DNA of 64,000 nt from Utricularia gibba (GCA_002189035.1 CM007990.1:992001-1056000), one strand, 5' to 3'; counted from the stretch's first letter, positions 24,928 through 38,807 are shown. Notes: generated from the letters alone by a model not told the origin. Program-made: numbers and translations.

Positions 24928-27504
24928 CTCAGCACCCCGCAAGTTTAAATTTCGTCCGTTGGATGCCAACCGAATCTACGGCGCCCACTTTTCCTCCCGG
25001 TCTAATGGATCCATTTCACCAAAAGTTGCACCTCATTAGAGGCTTAGGGTGTGTTTTTGTTCCCCATTCAATCGACCATAACTTACCCTAAAATAATCAT
25101 ATCACTCCAATTTTTATCACATTTCGTTGCATTTTTCGTAAGCTATCCAATGAATCCTCATTTGCGTCATTTGCCTAAGTATTTGAGGAGAAATTGCATT
25201 CCAAACATGAAGTGGTCATGATGCAAGTTTTTGTGTACAATGATCAAGTTCACCACAATTGCACTACAGTGCCCTATCTTAAATCCAATTCTATGCATTG
25301 CATCTTATACTAGGCTAAAATGGGTAGCTACACAAACTTGAATCACAACATTCTGACACCATTTACCCCGTCAAATTTCGACTCAAAGCACGACGAAGAT
25401 GAACATGTTCATAGTGACCACTCATACCCAGTGCTGATACATTCCTCTAAATGCCTTGAACCTAAGGCTCCCATTCTGCTGCATAAATACATCATTGATG
25501 GTCATAATTATTAGAACAAACAATCTTACATCAAAATTTAACTATAAAATAATGAATTATATAAGAGATTATGTATCAATATTAATTGATTTGATATAAT
25601 CTTTTTTAATGTGATTTACGTTTTTTATGTACTTAAGTTTCACATCTACTCATCTAATTCATTAGATCCTTAATTTCAACAGTAAATATATATAATTGAG
25701 CCCACACAAGACAACATGCAGCGATCAAGTGAACCCAAATATGCTCCCTTTTCCACGGGGGTGCATGAGCCTTGAGCAAGAGGGGTTCTCGGCTCCGGTG
25801 CAGCCCACCTGATCTGATATCCCTCCGCCTCCCGGAGCGACGGTTCAGCCTCCGCCCCGAGTTGAAAGAGAGAGTTTCGGAAACACAGATGGTGTGCCGA
25901 TGCATCGGAATACTGTGAGACAATTCAATGTGACTGCTTTGACCAGAATAGTTCTGACGGCTCCGATGGAGACTATACTCTCTTGTGCAAATTGGGGCAT
26001 GGAAATGGAAGCTCTGCCAAACAAAGGGGGGCATATAATGAATCCAGTGGAACTAACAGAACGTGTGTAGCCAAGCTGAGCAACTTCTTCAAAGATTACA
26101 GAACTTCAATCAAGCACGCAAATTGAAACACATCCCCAACTTTGTTAAACTTATGAATTCCATGTGCTGGACGAACATTCATGTGTGTGAACTCTAAATG
26201 TATTCAAACGTAAATCGCAACTTGAAATTATGAATTCCATATGCCAGGCACGTTCATGTGCATATATGAACTCAAAATATATTAAAATGTGCATCACATT
26301 AGAAAATATTATATACTTAATTATATTAATTACTCAATTTCACACCTTTTCTCTATGCTCCAGCATCATCCATCCATACGTGGACCGTATCATAGGTAAC
26401 TTGTTGGATTGTTGCTAATATTGGAATCGAATGTATTTATTTTGATAACAATATTGTTTATGTAAAGATTTTTTACGAACATAAGTTGTTTGAAACAGAT
26501 TATTATTGTTTTAAAGTTGTTTTTGAAAATGTAATTTTCAAGCAAATCTTCATGTTTTCCTTTGTTAAACATTAACTTCAACATTGGTATTTTTTTTATA
26601 TTTAAGTATTAATTTAATCTCAAATATTAGTCTTGTGCATTTTTTAATTGCTGACATGATGAGTCTCTTTTTTGATTTTGTGAACAATGTGTTTTTAATT
26701 GTAAAGCTATTGAACTTAATATTAAATCTTATTATGTTCCAACATTTTATTTCAATAAATGAAATCTTATTATATTTCATTTTTCAAGGACAATTCAAAA
26801 AACAAGATTGAAAGGGTTCTCCAATAAAAGAGAAGTTAGAATGGCTTATGTTACTGAAAAAATGTTTTAAAAATAATTTTTTTATTATTAAACGCGAGTT
26901 ATTTTTTCTTCAAAATAACGTAAATTTAGAAACGTTTATTATTTTTAAGTTTGAAGATTTGATTTTTATTTTCTTAGAATCATTTCTCAAAAATTAATTA
27001 TCGAAAAGTATAACCTAATAGAACCTAAAAATACGTTTAAAATAGTTTATGCGACTTGAAAAATGCTTAAACACAATTTTATTTCAAAGACACCAAATAT
27101 AGAAAAGTTTGTTAAGTTAACGACAGAAATATATCTTATATTTTATTAAAAATTATTTAAAAGTGTTTTTTGAGAAATAAAATCAATTAAAGTTTAATGT
27201 TCTTTGTGTTTTTATTTAATAATTATTATGAAAAAAAAAAGAGAAATGAAAAGCAACTTTAAATCCTTACGTTGAAGGGACTGGAAAAGGGAATCTGTAA
27301 GAATTTTATGTTTTATTTGTTTTTATTTTTTTGCTGGAGAGAATTTCCCAAACTAGAAAAAAGCTGATTTCCCGGGAGGACCGACCATTTCTACTCCTCG
27401 CCTGACAGATGGTTCAAAACGGCGTCGTACGAAGGCGAATTTGAAGCTTTCAATTGGTTTCCTTCGCCTCCAATTTTACTTCAGCTCCTCCGCGAAATCG
27501 GGAA

Positions 27505-28077
27505 ATGGTTTCCTCCGGATACAGCAGTCTGCCGCCCTACGGCGGTGCAGGAGCCAGCGGTAGCGGGGCCTTCTCTGGCTTCGCGCTGCGAACGCCTTCA
27601 GTCTTCGCCACGCGCCGCCCATGGCGCGAATTGATTGCGCATCCGTCGTCCTACGGCGTCCCTGACGGCCTGCGCGATTTCGTCCTCCGTATCAAATTCA
27701 ACCTCGCCCATTTCCGCGTCAACTACGCGATGATCGCGCTGCTCGTTCTCTTCCTCAGCCTTGTGTACCATCCGATCTCGATGATCGTCTTTCTGGCGAT
27801 CTTCGTGCTCTGGCTTCTTCTCTACTTTTCCCGGGATGAGCCGATCGCGGTGTTCAGTTTCACGGTCGATGATCGCTTGGTGTTAGCGGTTCTTGGAGTC
27901 TTGACGGTGGTGTGTTTGATCCTCACCAGCGTATGGTTGAATGTTTTGGTAGCGCTTCTTGTTTCAGCGGCGATTGTGGTCCTGCACGCAGCCTTCCGAG
28001 TCACGGAGGATTTGTTTCTCGATGAAGGCGAGATCGCCGCCGCCGGTCTGGTTTCTGTAGTCGGATCCAGGTTTTGA
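27505..28077 (+). CDS. PRA1 family protein (PRA1.E-like), intronless
   Basis: RRPWRE, NLAHFRVNY, LVYHPISMIVF, LLYFSRDEP and LHAAFRVTEDLFLDE motifs. First ATG in the ORF is at 27505. Confidence 0.92.
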   Translation: MVSSGYSSLPPYGGAGASGSGAFSGFALRTPSVFATRRPWRELIAHPSSYGVPDGLRDFVLRIKFNLAHFRVNYAMIALLVLFLSLVYHPISMIVFLAIFVLWLLLYFSRDEPIAVFSFTVDDRLVLAVLGVLTVVCLILTSVWLNVLVALLVSAAIVVLHAAFRVTEDLFLDEGEIAAAGLVSVVGSRF

Positions 28078-28376
28078 ACAATGTTCCCTTCAACTTATTT
28101 TTGCATTTTTACATGAAGAAAAATTCTAGAAAATGCTGCTCATCATGTCAATGCACTGTACCCTGTTCATCTGCTGTAACAGCAATTGCTAGATAAATCA
28201 ATTGCCCTTTTGCTTAGTACCATGTGTGAAAATTCTCTTCTTTGAATGCACAATCTCAGAGTATCTATCAGTTCATCATCTAATCCGTACCCAATATCAG
28301 CCTCTAAAACACTCACTGTTGCAAAACAAGGAACCTTAATGAAATCTGCAGATAAACGTTACAAGGTGCCTGAGCA

Positions 28377-30536
28377 TCAACATAGGGGAGCTCTCCGAGA
28401 ATACCCCAGCACCATCACGAAATCTTTGGCGGAGGAACCGATCGGGGCTGATACCCTCCCAGCTGCCATTGTTTGGAGCCAGCGATCTCTAAGGTTACTG
28501 AGCGTGAGAGTGGGGATCACTGCTTGTCCCATGCATTTGATTTCGACCTGCAAAATGCAAGGTCTGTTAGCAACTCAGCATCAACCTCAAGGCGCCATCC
28601 ATACTCAGGGGCGAAGACTTACCTCTTCCTCACTTGAAAGGTCCAGCTTCGTTCTTACATACTTTTGAATGAAGGAAACTGGTATGCTTCCATCCCTGTT
28701 ACGAAACTTGTGAGCCATGTTGCATAATACTAAGATGCTCGTGCCAAGTTACATTTATGCAACATATTAGGGAGAAGAGACTGTGAGTCTACCAAAGAAG
28801 CAGATTTTCTGATATATCATTGTTATCATAATGAAGAATGTCATGCTCTTAGACATGATCGAGGACGATGGCTTACTTTATTCTCAAATAGCTCGCCGGA
28901 ATCTGTGGCAGTGGAGGTATGTCAGCTGCCCTGAAAATCAGTGGACAGGGATCAGAGAGAACTGATAGTAAGCTAAATCTTTAGATCCTCTGGTCCTTAT
29001 GAGGTCTGGGGTTGAAGAAAGCCTTACTGCATGTCGGACACTAGTGAAAACCAAATAGGATGGTTTCTGCAGTCGAACTTTGCACCACCAGCATCAAGCA
29101 CAACCTGGGGGTGGAACTGGAATTCTCCGAATTTTCGTGGGATCTTAGGCCGAGTTTTGCCGTGGTCATTGTGATGCTTCTCATCCTGAGCTTTTGATTT
29201 GCGCCTGTGCTCTTTACTTTTGGTTTTGTTGACAGCAGCATCTTCAGTGTCTTGCGAGTGCAGAGCTTCTGGTTTAGAACCTGATCCCTGGAAACTAAAT
29301 TTTGAAGACTTGCTTCGATTCGCAGCTTCAACCAAGCAATTTAAAGGCTTCCACAGATCGACTTTCATCTCCCACGCATCAGATGATCCATTTTCCTTCT
29401 TCATATCAGAACCAACGATATTCAATGGTTCACTAGACGCAGAATTCTGCAGCAAAAAGTGAAACTTTCTTTACTCTGAGTATAACAATGGAGAGTTGCG
29501 AACAACTGAACTTGCAACTGACATAACTCCATATCTCACCTGTCGTGCAAGAGTAGATTTGCTCGCCATCTCCGGCGAGCTAGAACTCTCATATTGGTCC
29601 TCTGTGGAGCCATCTTCTTTGTCTACAGGTTTTTCTATTGTAAAGGAGGCACCCTTTGAGACTTTCCTCACGACGGACTTCGATCTCCGACCCGTCATTC
29701 CGGCCTGTGCGGAAACTCTAGGAGTACTAACAACTAAAGATGATAGAGATCTCTCTTTTCTCTTTGCAGGCAGTGTAACCATGGCCACAGCTTCTGGAGC
29801 TTTCATCTTGATCCTCTTTGAAGGGAAAATCTTACATCTCACATCTTGTAAACTATGATCCGGTCTGAGAAAAAAATAAAAAAACAGGCAGAGTATTGAA
29901 TTCTAGCACACAATGCATCAAACTAATGCACCAAGAAACCAATCTCTCATCCACACTAAGCTCTACTCTCTTCACAAAACTTCGACACACCTATATCCCG
30001 AACATAACAAAGCATCATTTATCTAAAACCATTCAAAAGAAGCTCTTCTTTTTTTTTCTCTAGCAGGTAAGACAACACATGGATTGATCAATCTGACCTC
30101 AGCTTCTCTGTTGGAACACAGCCCAAGTCTATCTTGCACACCGGGCAGCATTCCATTTCCTCATCAGAGAGCTTCTTGTGTATGCATTTCCTGCAGACTG
30201 TTGAAGCAGATCCATGAGCACAGCATACAGGTAAAGTGCTCTACATTACCGGCAAGCATCATTCAGACAACAACTCTCGAATTCATTAATGTATGCATCG
30301 GGATCAAGAAACACAACTGACAAAATGCCTCATTTTTTTTAAGGGGAATCCAGAAACACAATTGGGTGATAAATGAAGGAAACCAGACAAGTGAAACCGG
30401 AAATAGGGAAGCAAAACCCACATGTGTGGAGACACTCAACGATAGTAGTCGCGTCACGGAAGAGCTTGTTGCAAAGTGGGCAAGTCATGCATGACGCTAC
30501 CGCCTCCCGCTTCACCGTCGCCACCTGATGCGACAT
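28377..30536 (-). CDS. DRIP2: DRIP1/DRIP2-like C3HC4 RING E3 ligase (BMI1-related), multi-exon
   Basis: MTCPLCNKLFRDATTIVECLHT/FCRKC..CCPVC, LPAKRKERSLSSLVVSTP, DLWKPLNCLVEAANR, PPLPQIPASYLRIK/DGSIPVSFIQKY and C-terminal SAKDFVMVLGYSR. Confidence 0.92.
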
Positions 30537-31809
30537 CACTCACCCCAATCACACACCAAATCCGAGAGATGCGCGCGAATCGCCCAAAGCCCACGCTTTT
30601 CAATCTGTGCATGCCGATACCCGCGCATGAAGAGCGAGATTTACGTCCATTTCTTACAACTCAGTGACACCTGCATTAAAGCCACAGAATAAACCGCATC
30701 TAAGCGCACTCACTAACAAATACAGACATCAATACGCACCCCAGCAGACGAGCGCTTCGAAATAAAGACGCTTTAACGATTGAACCTCAGAAATCTACAA
30801 ATCTGAGGACACCAAAGCAGGCGACCGGGATTCGGGAAGACAAATAACGTCCGATGGCGTGCACCCAACAACCCCCCGCCTGAGTTTGTGCGCGTATTTG
30901 CGTGGGTTTGGGAGCCGGAATCGAGAGACGAAAAAAGGGGTATGTAGAGAGAGAAAGAGGGAGAAGGAAGACAGTTCGTATGTGTGTGGACTTTTTACCA
31001 GCTCCGCTCATTTTGTGCAACTACCGCTAACATGTAATAAACTAATTAACAATTATTAATTAATAATTAACATAATTAAATACATTTCCCCACCAAAGAT
31101 TAATAATGATCCCATTATGTTTTAATGTTATATTTGGATATTATTCTATAAGAAAAGAATTTTTGAGCAGTACTTTAATAAAATAGAAATTGAATATATA
31201 TAATAAATTCATACACAATTTCAAGTTTCATTAAAATTCTTAATGAAATATATATAATGTCTTAATAAATTTATACAACGTTTTTTTAAAGGAAAAAATT
31301 GTTTTAAATTAAGAATTTCATTAAAATTTTGGATTTTCAACACAATTTCAAGTTTCAACTTTATCCTAAAGCAAAACATTTCTGAAATTTTGGTCGTTTT
31401 ATTGAAATTTCGTACGTTCGTATTCAATCTGAAATTTGAAAATTTCCGAATATTGGTTGGTTGATATATTATGGACAATATTTTTTTAATTAAAATATTA
31501 TATACTTAATTAAGATTAAAAAATATATATGAGAATATTGACTGCGGTAATAAGTAAAAACACGTGTTTTTTTAGGTGCATAGGACAAGTCATTGACCAT
31601 GACAAATGTGGTAGGAAGGAAGCGAAGCATTATGAGGGGTCGCCGCCCCCATCCCAATAATGCAATTCAAAAATCAAATGCCCAACGCCGCTAAAACGAC
31701 GCCGTTAGACTGACACTCCGGGCCCACGTTGACGCCAGCCTGAGATCTGGGCCTTAAAGCCCATATTTATCTGGGCCACCTAGTTAGGGTGGGGCCCATC
31801 GGGCCAAGT

Positions 31810-31918
31810 GCGGCAAAAGGTGGCTTTCAAACACAGAGGCGCCAAGTTTGCCGCCTTCCCCCCGCGCTTTATTTCATCTGTCGTGTTCCACACTTTTCCC
31901 TCAGGCATCTTTTCGCGG
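31810..31918. promoter_or_regulatory. Three E2F-consensus (TTTSSCGS) sites just upstream of FBL17
   Basis: GCGGCAAA at 31810-31817 (reverse TTTGCCGC), TTTGCCGC at 31847-31854 and TTTCGCGG at 31911-31918. A cluster of site II GGCCCA/TGGGCC motifs lies at about 31720-31806. Confidence 0.6.
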
Positions 31919-31953
31919 CCGCCTGCGCGCCATCGGGATTTTACCTTTGGACG

Positions 31954-34684
31954 ATGCAGGGGAACCAGCGCCACCCTACAACCCCACTCTCTGACGCCGT
32001 TTCGCTCATCAAGCGCGGAAAGAAGCGTGGGAGCTACAACTGCGGCAGATGTGGCTTGCCTAAGAAGGGCCATAAATGTGCCGTCGCGAATCCCTTAGAG
32101 GGAGATGACGTTTCCATACAGGCCGTCGACGACGACCCCGATGTCGTTGGGATGGCCTGCGCCACGCCGCCACCGAGGGGACGGCGAGCTTTGTCGTTCG
32201 ATGATGTTAGCGTCGCCGATTCGATGGAGGACTTTGAGGAGGAGCGATTTGATCATGACGATCTATCGGATCTGGAAAATATTGGGAAGTTACCGGCGAG
32301 TTGTTGGTGGGAGATTCTGAGAAGGTTGCCGCCTGTCGGATTGCTCTCCGCGGCGGCCGTTTGCACGGGTTTTAGAGAGACAACTAGGCGGCTGTGGCGA
32401 GCGGCGGAGGAGCTTTCTCTAAGAGTTCCTGCGAAGGCGCAGGTCGGGTTTTTCGGATCCATGCTGCAGAAGTGCCCTGGACTGCAAAAACTCACACTTA
32501 GAATCGAAAGGTTTGGATCTTTACCGCAGATAGTCAGATCCAAGGTTTTAAGAAGGCGATCACTAGATCCACTAATCAAATGAACAATCAGTGATTTTGC
32601 ATTGGAGATAAAAACTGCCAGCGTGATGGATCCCCAGATCTATCATCGAATCATTCTATTTTTGTTCTGCAGTCATTAACAATGAACCACTCCATCGTAA
32701 AAAAGGCTAACTTCTGAATCTTGTTGGTGATTACCTTTATGTATTATCATGCTACAGTATGCCATATTGGTTAAATGTGGTTTTGGGATGTTTTTGCAGT
32801 GATTTTGATGCAACAATGCTTGCTTGCATTGCCTTTTCCTGCCCAAATTTGCTGTCTCTGGAGATCTTCATAGCTGAATCTTCTGTCAATCGAATATCTG
32901 GGTAGGGGATCTCGCTTGTTTCTTCCAACTGTACAGCCCTACTCATTTTGATCCACAATGATGCATATGTGATTTTGATCTCTTAACAGGGATGAGTTGT
33001 CTCGGTTCATAGCTGAGAAAAGATGCCTTTTAAATCTAAAGATGGACGGATGCTACAATCTTGGAGGGTTTTCATTTACTTCATCCAGTTTGTCCACACT
33101 TTGGCTTTCCGATCTCCACTCCCTCTCAAAAATGGTAAAGAAATCTCATGTTTTGGAGGCTGTGTCCATATACACTAGCTCCCATCTTTATCGTGATTGT
33201 GATCGTTTCCCAACAGGTTTTTAACTGCCCCAACTTGAAGGAGATTTCACTGAATTTCTCTCGCCAAGAAAATGATAGCACTGATCTCATTACTACCATG
33301 GAATCTTTAGGACGAACCTGCCCCAGGCTTCAGAACATCCACATTGGTTCGATCAAACTTTCGCACGAAGCAGTGCTTGCTCTCTCTGCTGCCAACTTGA
33401 GGTAAGTACTTATTTCTATGGAGAAATCAGTATTCTTTCCCATGGATTTTGACAAGTTTATCCCAACTTGTAGGTGCCTCCGCATGCTGTCACTTGTTCT
33501 TGGAAATGAGATAACTGATGCATCAGTTGCGGCTATTACATCAAGTTTTTCAAAACTAGACACGCTTGATCTCAGTGGGTGAGTTTGAAATATGAGATTT
33601 TCATGTAATGGGACAACCTGTAAATGATTTGTGGTGTTCCCATTACAGGTCAAGCATCAGCGACAGCGGCATTGGGATGATATGCAATGTATTTCCAGAC
33701 ACATTGTCAAAACTTTTGCTAGCTCTGTGTCCCAACATCACTTCCAGTGAGTTTAAACCCTGAGCCATGATCTGAATCTTTGCATGATGGATCTTCTTCT
33801 TACATTCTGCTTGCATGTTTATGCAGGCGGCATTCAGTTTGCGTCTGCGCAGCTTCCACGTCTAGAAGTAATGGACTGTGGAATGACCATATGTGATCCG
33901 AACTCCAGTGATGCTGTCAATGAACATGATGACGACATCGAATTGCACAGAACTCCCAACAGTAAGGTGCACCATGCGTACCAGAAGCTAATTATTAAAC
34001 ATAACCGGCTGAAAAAGCTGAGTTTATGGGGCTGTTCTGGGTTGGATGTAAGTGTCAAATAAATCACAAATGACATCTTTATATGCAATTCATGCTTCAT
34101 GCTGTTGTATAACTTGGAGGATCTCATTGCAGGCATTACATTTAAACTGCCCTCATCTCATTGATCTGAATCTCAATTCTTGCAAGAACTTGAGTCCAGG
34201 TACTTTCTTAAATCCCCAGTGTAGCTCGGCTAACAAAAGTCATCTTCGTTTAACGTATGCTTGTTTAACTTCAGGTAGACTTATTCTGCACTGCCCTAAC
34301 TTACAAGATGTACATGCTTTAGACTGTGAACACAAGCTCATCGAAACCATTGAAACTCAGGTATCAGAATCACCCAAGCACTTGTAAATGAATGAAGCTC
34401 CTTGCTCCAAACTGGTATCATGTTTATAAGTGATTTTGCGCAGGTAGACAGTTCTTCCTCATTATCAGAATACATGCTTCCACCCAAACGGTTACCCGAT
34501 GGCTCCAAACGAGTCCGGGTTCCATTTTCCGTTGGTTCTGTGGTAAGCCTACTGAATTTTCAAGCTCCCTTCCAAACATAATGAATATTGAAACCTAGAA
34601 TTCTCTCTATTGGACATGCAGCTACCCGATGGCGATACAAAATGCACAAGGATGGTGAAAAGACAATGCAGAGTGATTGTGTAA
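31954..34684 (+). CDS. FBL17: F-box/LRR-repeat protein 17
   Basis: RGSYNCGRCGLPKKGHKC, RRALSFDD, F-box WEILRRLPP, LSTLWLSDLHSLSKM, LCPNITS/SGIQFA, HNRLKKLSLWGCSGLD. Last exon LPDGDTKCTRMVKRQCRVIV*. Confidence 0.95.
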
Positions 34685-35167
34685 CCTGCTCAAAAACATG
34701 TCCTTTCCCCCAGGGCTACTGGAGAAGAAATGTGGCATTTGTGTCATGTTCAGTGAGTGACCTGTTGCTGCCTTAATTTGCCCAATGCCATGACATTCGC
34801 CCATTGTAGCACAACACCTAACTATAATTTGTCATTTAATTAAGAGATCCAGTTCCACCTCAAGAACTCCCAATAACCGCAACAATGTAATCAGCCTCTT
34901 GCTTAATGAAATGAACACAAGGATCTGTTATACTCATCAGTTCTCAACCCAAAAACGCAAATTGTATTAACACAGGGCAAGACATTGAGTAATCGAACAA
35001 GAGAACTGGGAGCGCAGGCCGTTATAATGCCAATGCACGCCTAAAACAACAATAGTAATCAGTATTCTCATCGAACTCAGTAGTAGCAACACTGGATATT
35101 AGTGAACTTTTTACGAAGGAGACCAGCTGCAATCTTCTAGCATACACTCTGATGAATAAACAACAGC

Positions 35168-35409
35168 CTACAGGGGAACGAGATCAGGCAATTTTGAGGA
35201 TGAATCATGAATGGTTATGGTGTTCTCTTGTAGACCACTTACAGCATAGAAAAACAAGGAACTGTGAGTCATCATCTAGCCGCAGTATGCCTGAGGAAGC
35301 AATTAGCAGCATGATCAGACATTTTTTGAGACGCCTGCGCAGCAGTGAGTGAATACATGAGAGGTGAAGTGTGAAGCACTGAAAACAGAGATGGCAAGTG
35401 GAGGTTTAC
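35168..35409 (-). promoter_or_regulatory. Two predicted 3'UTR introns of Barentsz (35409-35335 and 35242-35168)
   Basis: AG/GTAAAC...CTGCGCAG and /GTAAGT...CCCTGTAG, each 75 nt with pyrimidine tracts, about 170 and 335 nt downstream of the stop. Confidence 0.6.
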
Positions 35410-35576
35410 CTAAAAACAATAGATATGCAATAACCCAAGGTGCTCTAGTTTCAGGTACTGGACACACCAAGGGCATTAGAAGAACGGCTGCAACCAAAGC
35501 ACATCCAAGACCAAGAGGGGAACAAATACACAGACTTTGAAAGATTATTCCGGGGGAATTCAGCTCTCAATGCATT

Positions 35577-38500
35577 TCACTTGTCAAATTTCATCTCGGT
35601 GTATCTGAGATTGCGATGCACATAGTAAGTTCCAATGATATATGGAGTCCCATGAGTACACTCAGAAACAAGCACACCAATTACCTGCGAGGGTTCTTTT
35701 GCCTCTGCCCAAATTGTTCTGCTGACACCTCTGCAAAAAATAATCAATGACCAGGATGAAAAATGCAAGAGAAATTCAGAAAATTTAAGATTCCCAAGGT
35801 TACCAGCATTCTGTGCAGCCATCCATTCATCACTGGTTTTTTCCCCATTGTTTTCTTTGCTGCAAAAGTACGAGTACAAAATCAAGTAAGTAAGCCAAGT
35901 AGTCAATGCACGATAAGCTTCTTAGAAAATCTTACAAGACAGCCAAAAAAGGATGTTGATGAAGATGCAACAAGGTAAGAAAGTAAAACATCATATACCT
36001 TAGAGAATGAGAAGATGTTGACCCAGACGCACGAGAGCTGTAAGAACCGTCAACAGTAATATATGGTGGACAATATGCTGCACCCAATGCTCCAGCAGCA
36101 CCCGCTAAAACTGGAAGCCTGCGTTGTTTTCAATTTTATAAGATTGGACCCATCCAGCTATAACAAAGAAGAAAATCGGTTTATTACTAGAAGATATGAA
36201 CAGGAATACCATGTCATTTCGGAGCTCCCAATACCAAGTTGTGGCTGAGCCATGTATCCAGGAAAAGCCATGCCAACAGCAGGAACACCCATTCCACCAG
36301 GATGTTGACCACCAAATTGCATAACTGTAGAATGAATACACCAAACAAGGATTACTATGAGAAGTTTTGGTCATAGAAGAACTGACATGATCATAGAAGA
36401 ACATATTTACGTCTTCAAATTCAAAAGGGAGAAATGCAAGCTTAGAGCCGTTATGATCAGTGGTACCTGGCAAGAAAGCAGGGAAGTTTTGGTCATTGTG
36501 ACCCCTTCCAATACCGCCTGATGTCCCAATCACCTGTGCTCCGCCATAGATGAAGGAGCCTTTTTTGATGCCTTGCATGCTTTCTTTACCCTTTGTAATT
36601 AAGTCTGTCTTGGACTGACTAGTTTCAGTATCAGGCTCCAGCTCTTCCGTTTCTAATACATTCAAATTACCAGAAGCATTGGATGGTGAAGACGTTTGAG
36701 CTCCAGAGGGTAAACGCTGTGTAAATTTCCGGATAGAACTTTGCAGAGATGTTTGAGAATGATTATGGCTCGGGTTCCTCTGATTGCCTTGAAGCAGACT
36801 TGGGGAGGGTGCCCTGTTGACCTGATTGCCGGACAAAACTGGTTGATAGGTCATCTGCACTGGTGAACCCACCCCTCTTCCTTGGGCCCTGAACTGATTA
36901 TGCGAATTACTAGGCAAGGAGCCAGAGAGTGGCATCTGCATAGAACTCGGTGGTCTTGCATTAACTCCGAAAGATGAATCATCCAAGTACAGCTTATCAA
37001 CGTTAATTGAATCAACCATACTTTTCCCGCTCATCATCCCACTCGATTTTCCCATACCAAAACCCTTGCTGGCTACTGATTGCTGATCATTTCCATTTTT
37101 AGACACCAATTGGCTATCCCTTCCGTTTGTCATACCTAAATCTTTTGTGGAAGCCCCGGAAGGATAAAATGGGGGAGAAGCAACATTCAAATTGGAGGCA
37201 ACTTGCTTTCTAGAGGACATCTTCTCAGATTGTGCATTGGATGGATGTTCACCTGTTGTTATGTTGCTAGTGTGGGAACTACTGTCAACAAGTTTTTCAG
37301 ACCTAAAGCATCAACAGGGACAACATTAGAAACAGTAAGAAACTTAGGGTATTTATATTTCATTGTAAGTGCAACTGAAAAATAAACGGACGGGTAAGAA
37401 TTCAACTCACACTTTCTTGTTTGTCATCCGTGATCCATCATGATTCTTAAAGGATGGTTGGTACTTGTGAGGACCTCGTCCACGTGCAGCCTTAGAGACA
37501 TTCGCCTGGTTGTCTTTACTTGGATTGCCATAAGAACTTTCTTTCGACCTATTCACTTCAGTGTATACACGATCTATCCCTTGACTTCTTCCTCGGCCTC
37601 TATAACGACCCCTCCTGCCCCTTCTATGCTGCAAGGACATAATAAATACAGTTCAAACAAAATTGCAACACAAAGCCTCATAATGATAACCATACACAAC
37701 AGAAAATTCTCACTTCTCCATGATGCCTTTCCTGAGACGTTAGCTCCTCAAACTTGTCATGCCCCCATTTCCTTTCATCCTTGGACTCCCATAACCTTCT
37801 TCCACCTAGCATTCGCCTAATGAAAAAAACATCCATCAGACACTCATTTCCTAATGATCTCCACAGCATCACAAGGATGTTCGCTAGCGGTAAGGATGCA
37901 CACATTATGCAATATTTAAAATTTTGGTAATAGAAATGAATACTTCATTTTCAGATTTTGTGGAGGCATAAAATTTTACTGGCATAGTATCAAGAAAAGG
38001 GATACACAACAAAATTTTAAGGAACATTCTTAGGAGAGTTGCAGTATAACCAAAAACTAAAACCCTTACACAATATCATAGCGACACGTGTGAGGTAAAT
38101 CGACGTACCTATGCCGCCCACCGGCGTTGTCCCGAAACCTATCATCGTGCATGTAGAATGCCCCTGCTGTTGGCACAGAAAAGGGTTCATTTTCCTTCTT
38201 CTGTTGTTCATTCTGAGCAGCAGCAACATTATTCTCGAAACTACCGTCCTCAGTAACCCCCGTCTTCGCCTGGGCAAGGCTGCCTGCAGCAATATTTTTG
38301 GTATTCCTCGCTACATCAACTGCCGTCGCCTCAACTCCACCCCCAATTTCCGCACTAAAACTGTCTCCGTACTGCACTTCTCCATCTTCCACATACTCAT
38401 AATAGTCTTCTTCCTCCTCCTCCTCCACATCTTCCTCATATTCCGCCGCAGCACCCTCGGATTCCTCTTCCAAATCATCAATTCTCCTAGGGGTTTCTCC

Positions 38501-38624
38501 ATTCGATCACCCCATTTTTCCCGTTCCTCCTCCTCCTCATCGTCGCTCGCCTCTCGCCGCCGCATCTTCAACGACAACTTGGCTTCCTCCGGATCACTCT
38601 CGTACTCTACTCCCCCTCCGCCAT
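35577..38624 (-). CDS. BTZ: CASC3/Barentsz (MLN51) exon-junction-complex protein; apparent frameshifts at 38612-38616 and 38490-38493
   Basis: VEYESDPEE..RRREASDD, PFSVPTAGAFYMHDDRF, LWESKDERKWGHDKFEE, LNVASPPFYPS, QNFPAFLP and C-terminal RYTEMKFDK*. One added G restores MAEGGVEY and one added C restores KPPRRIDD. Confidence 0.92.
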
Positions 38625-38807
38625 CACCACCAAACCAAGAAAGCACACCACAAATCACAAATTACGGAAAGCAACCACCTTTATTCCCTGATTCCGGAAG
38701 CCCCTTCCCAATTGGGATCCCTAAACCCCTTTTCAGATGTGATCCTGGGGATTAAATAAATTCTTGGAATTTTTTTTTCATTTTTTAAATTAAAAATAAT
38801 TTCGTAA

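Noticed and set aside
25960-26090. LGHGNG segment resembling a protein-kinase Gly-rich loop
   Set aside because: Similarity is too weak and no downstream kinase subdomains are present.
31200-31480. AT-rich direct repeat (CACAATTTCAAGTTTCA twice) as a transposon or CRISPR-like array
   Set aside because: Only two copies in low-complexity DNA, with no termini or regular spacers, in a eukaryotic context.
35488-35535. A third possible Barentsz 3'UTR intron
   Set aside because: Only 48 nt with a weak donor, below typical plant intron size.
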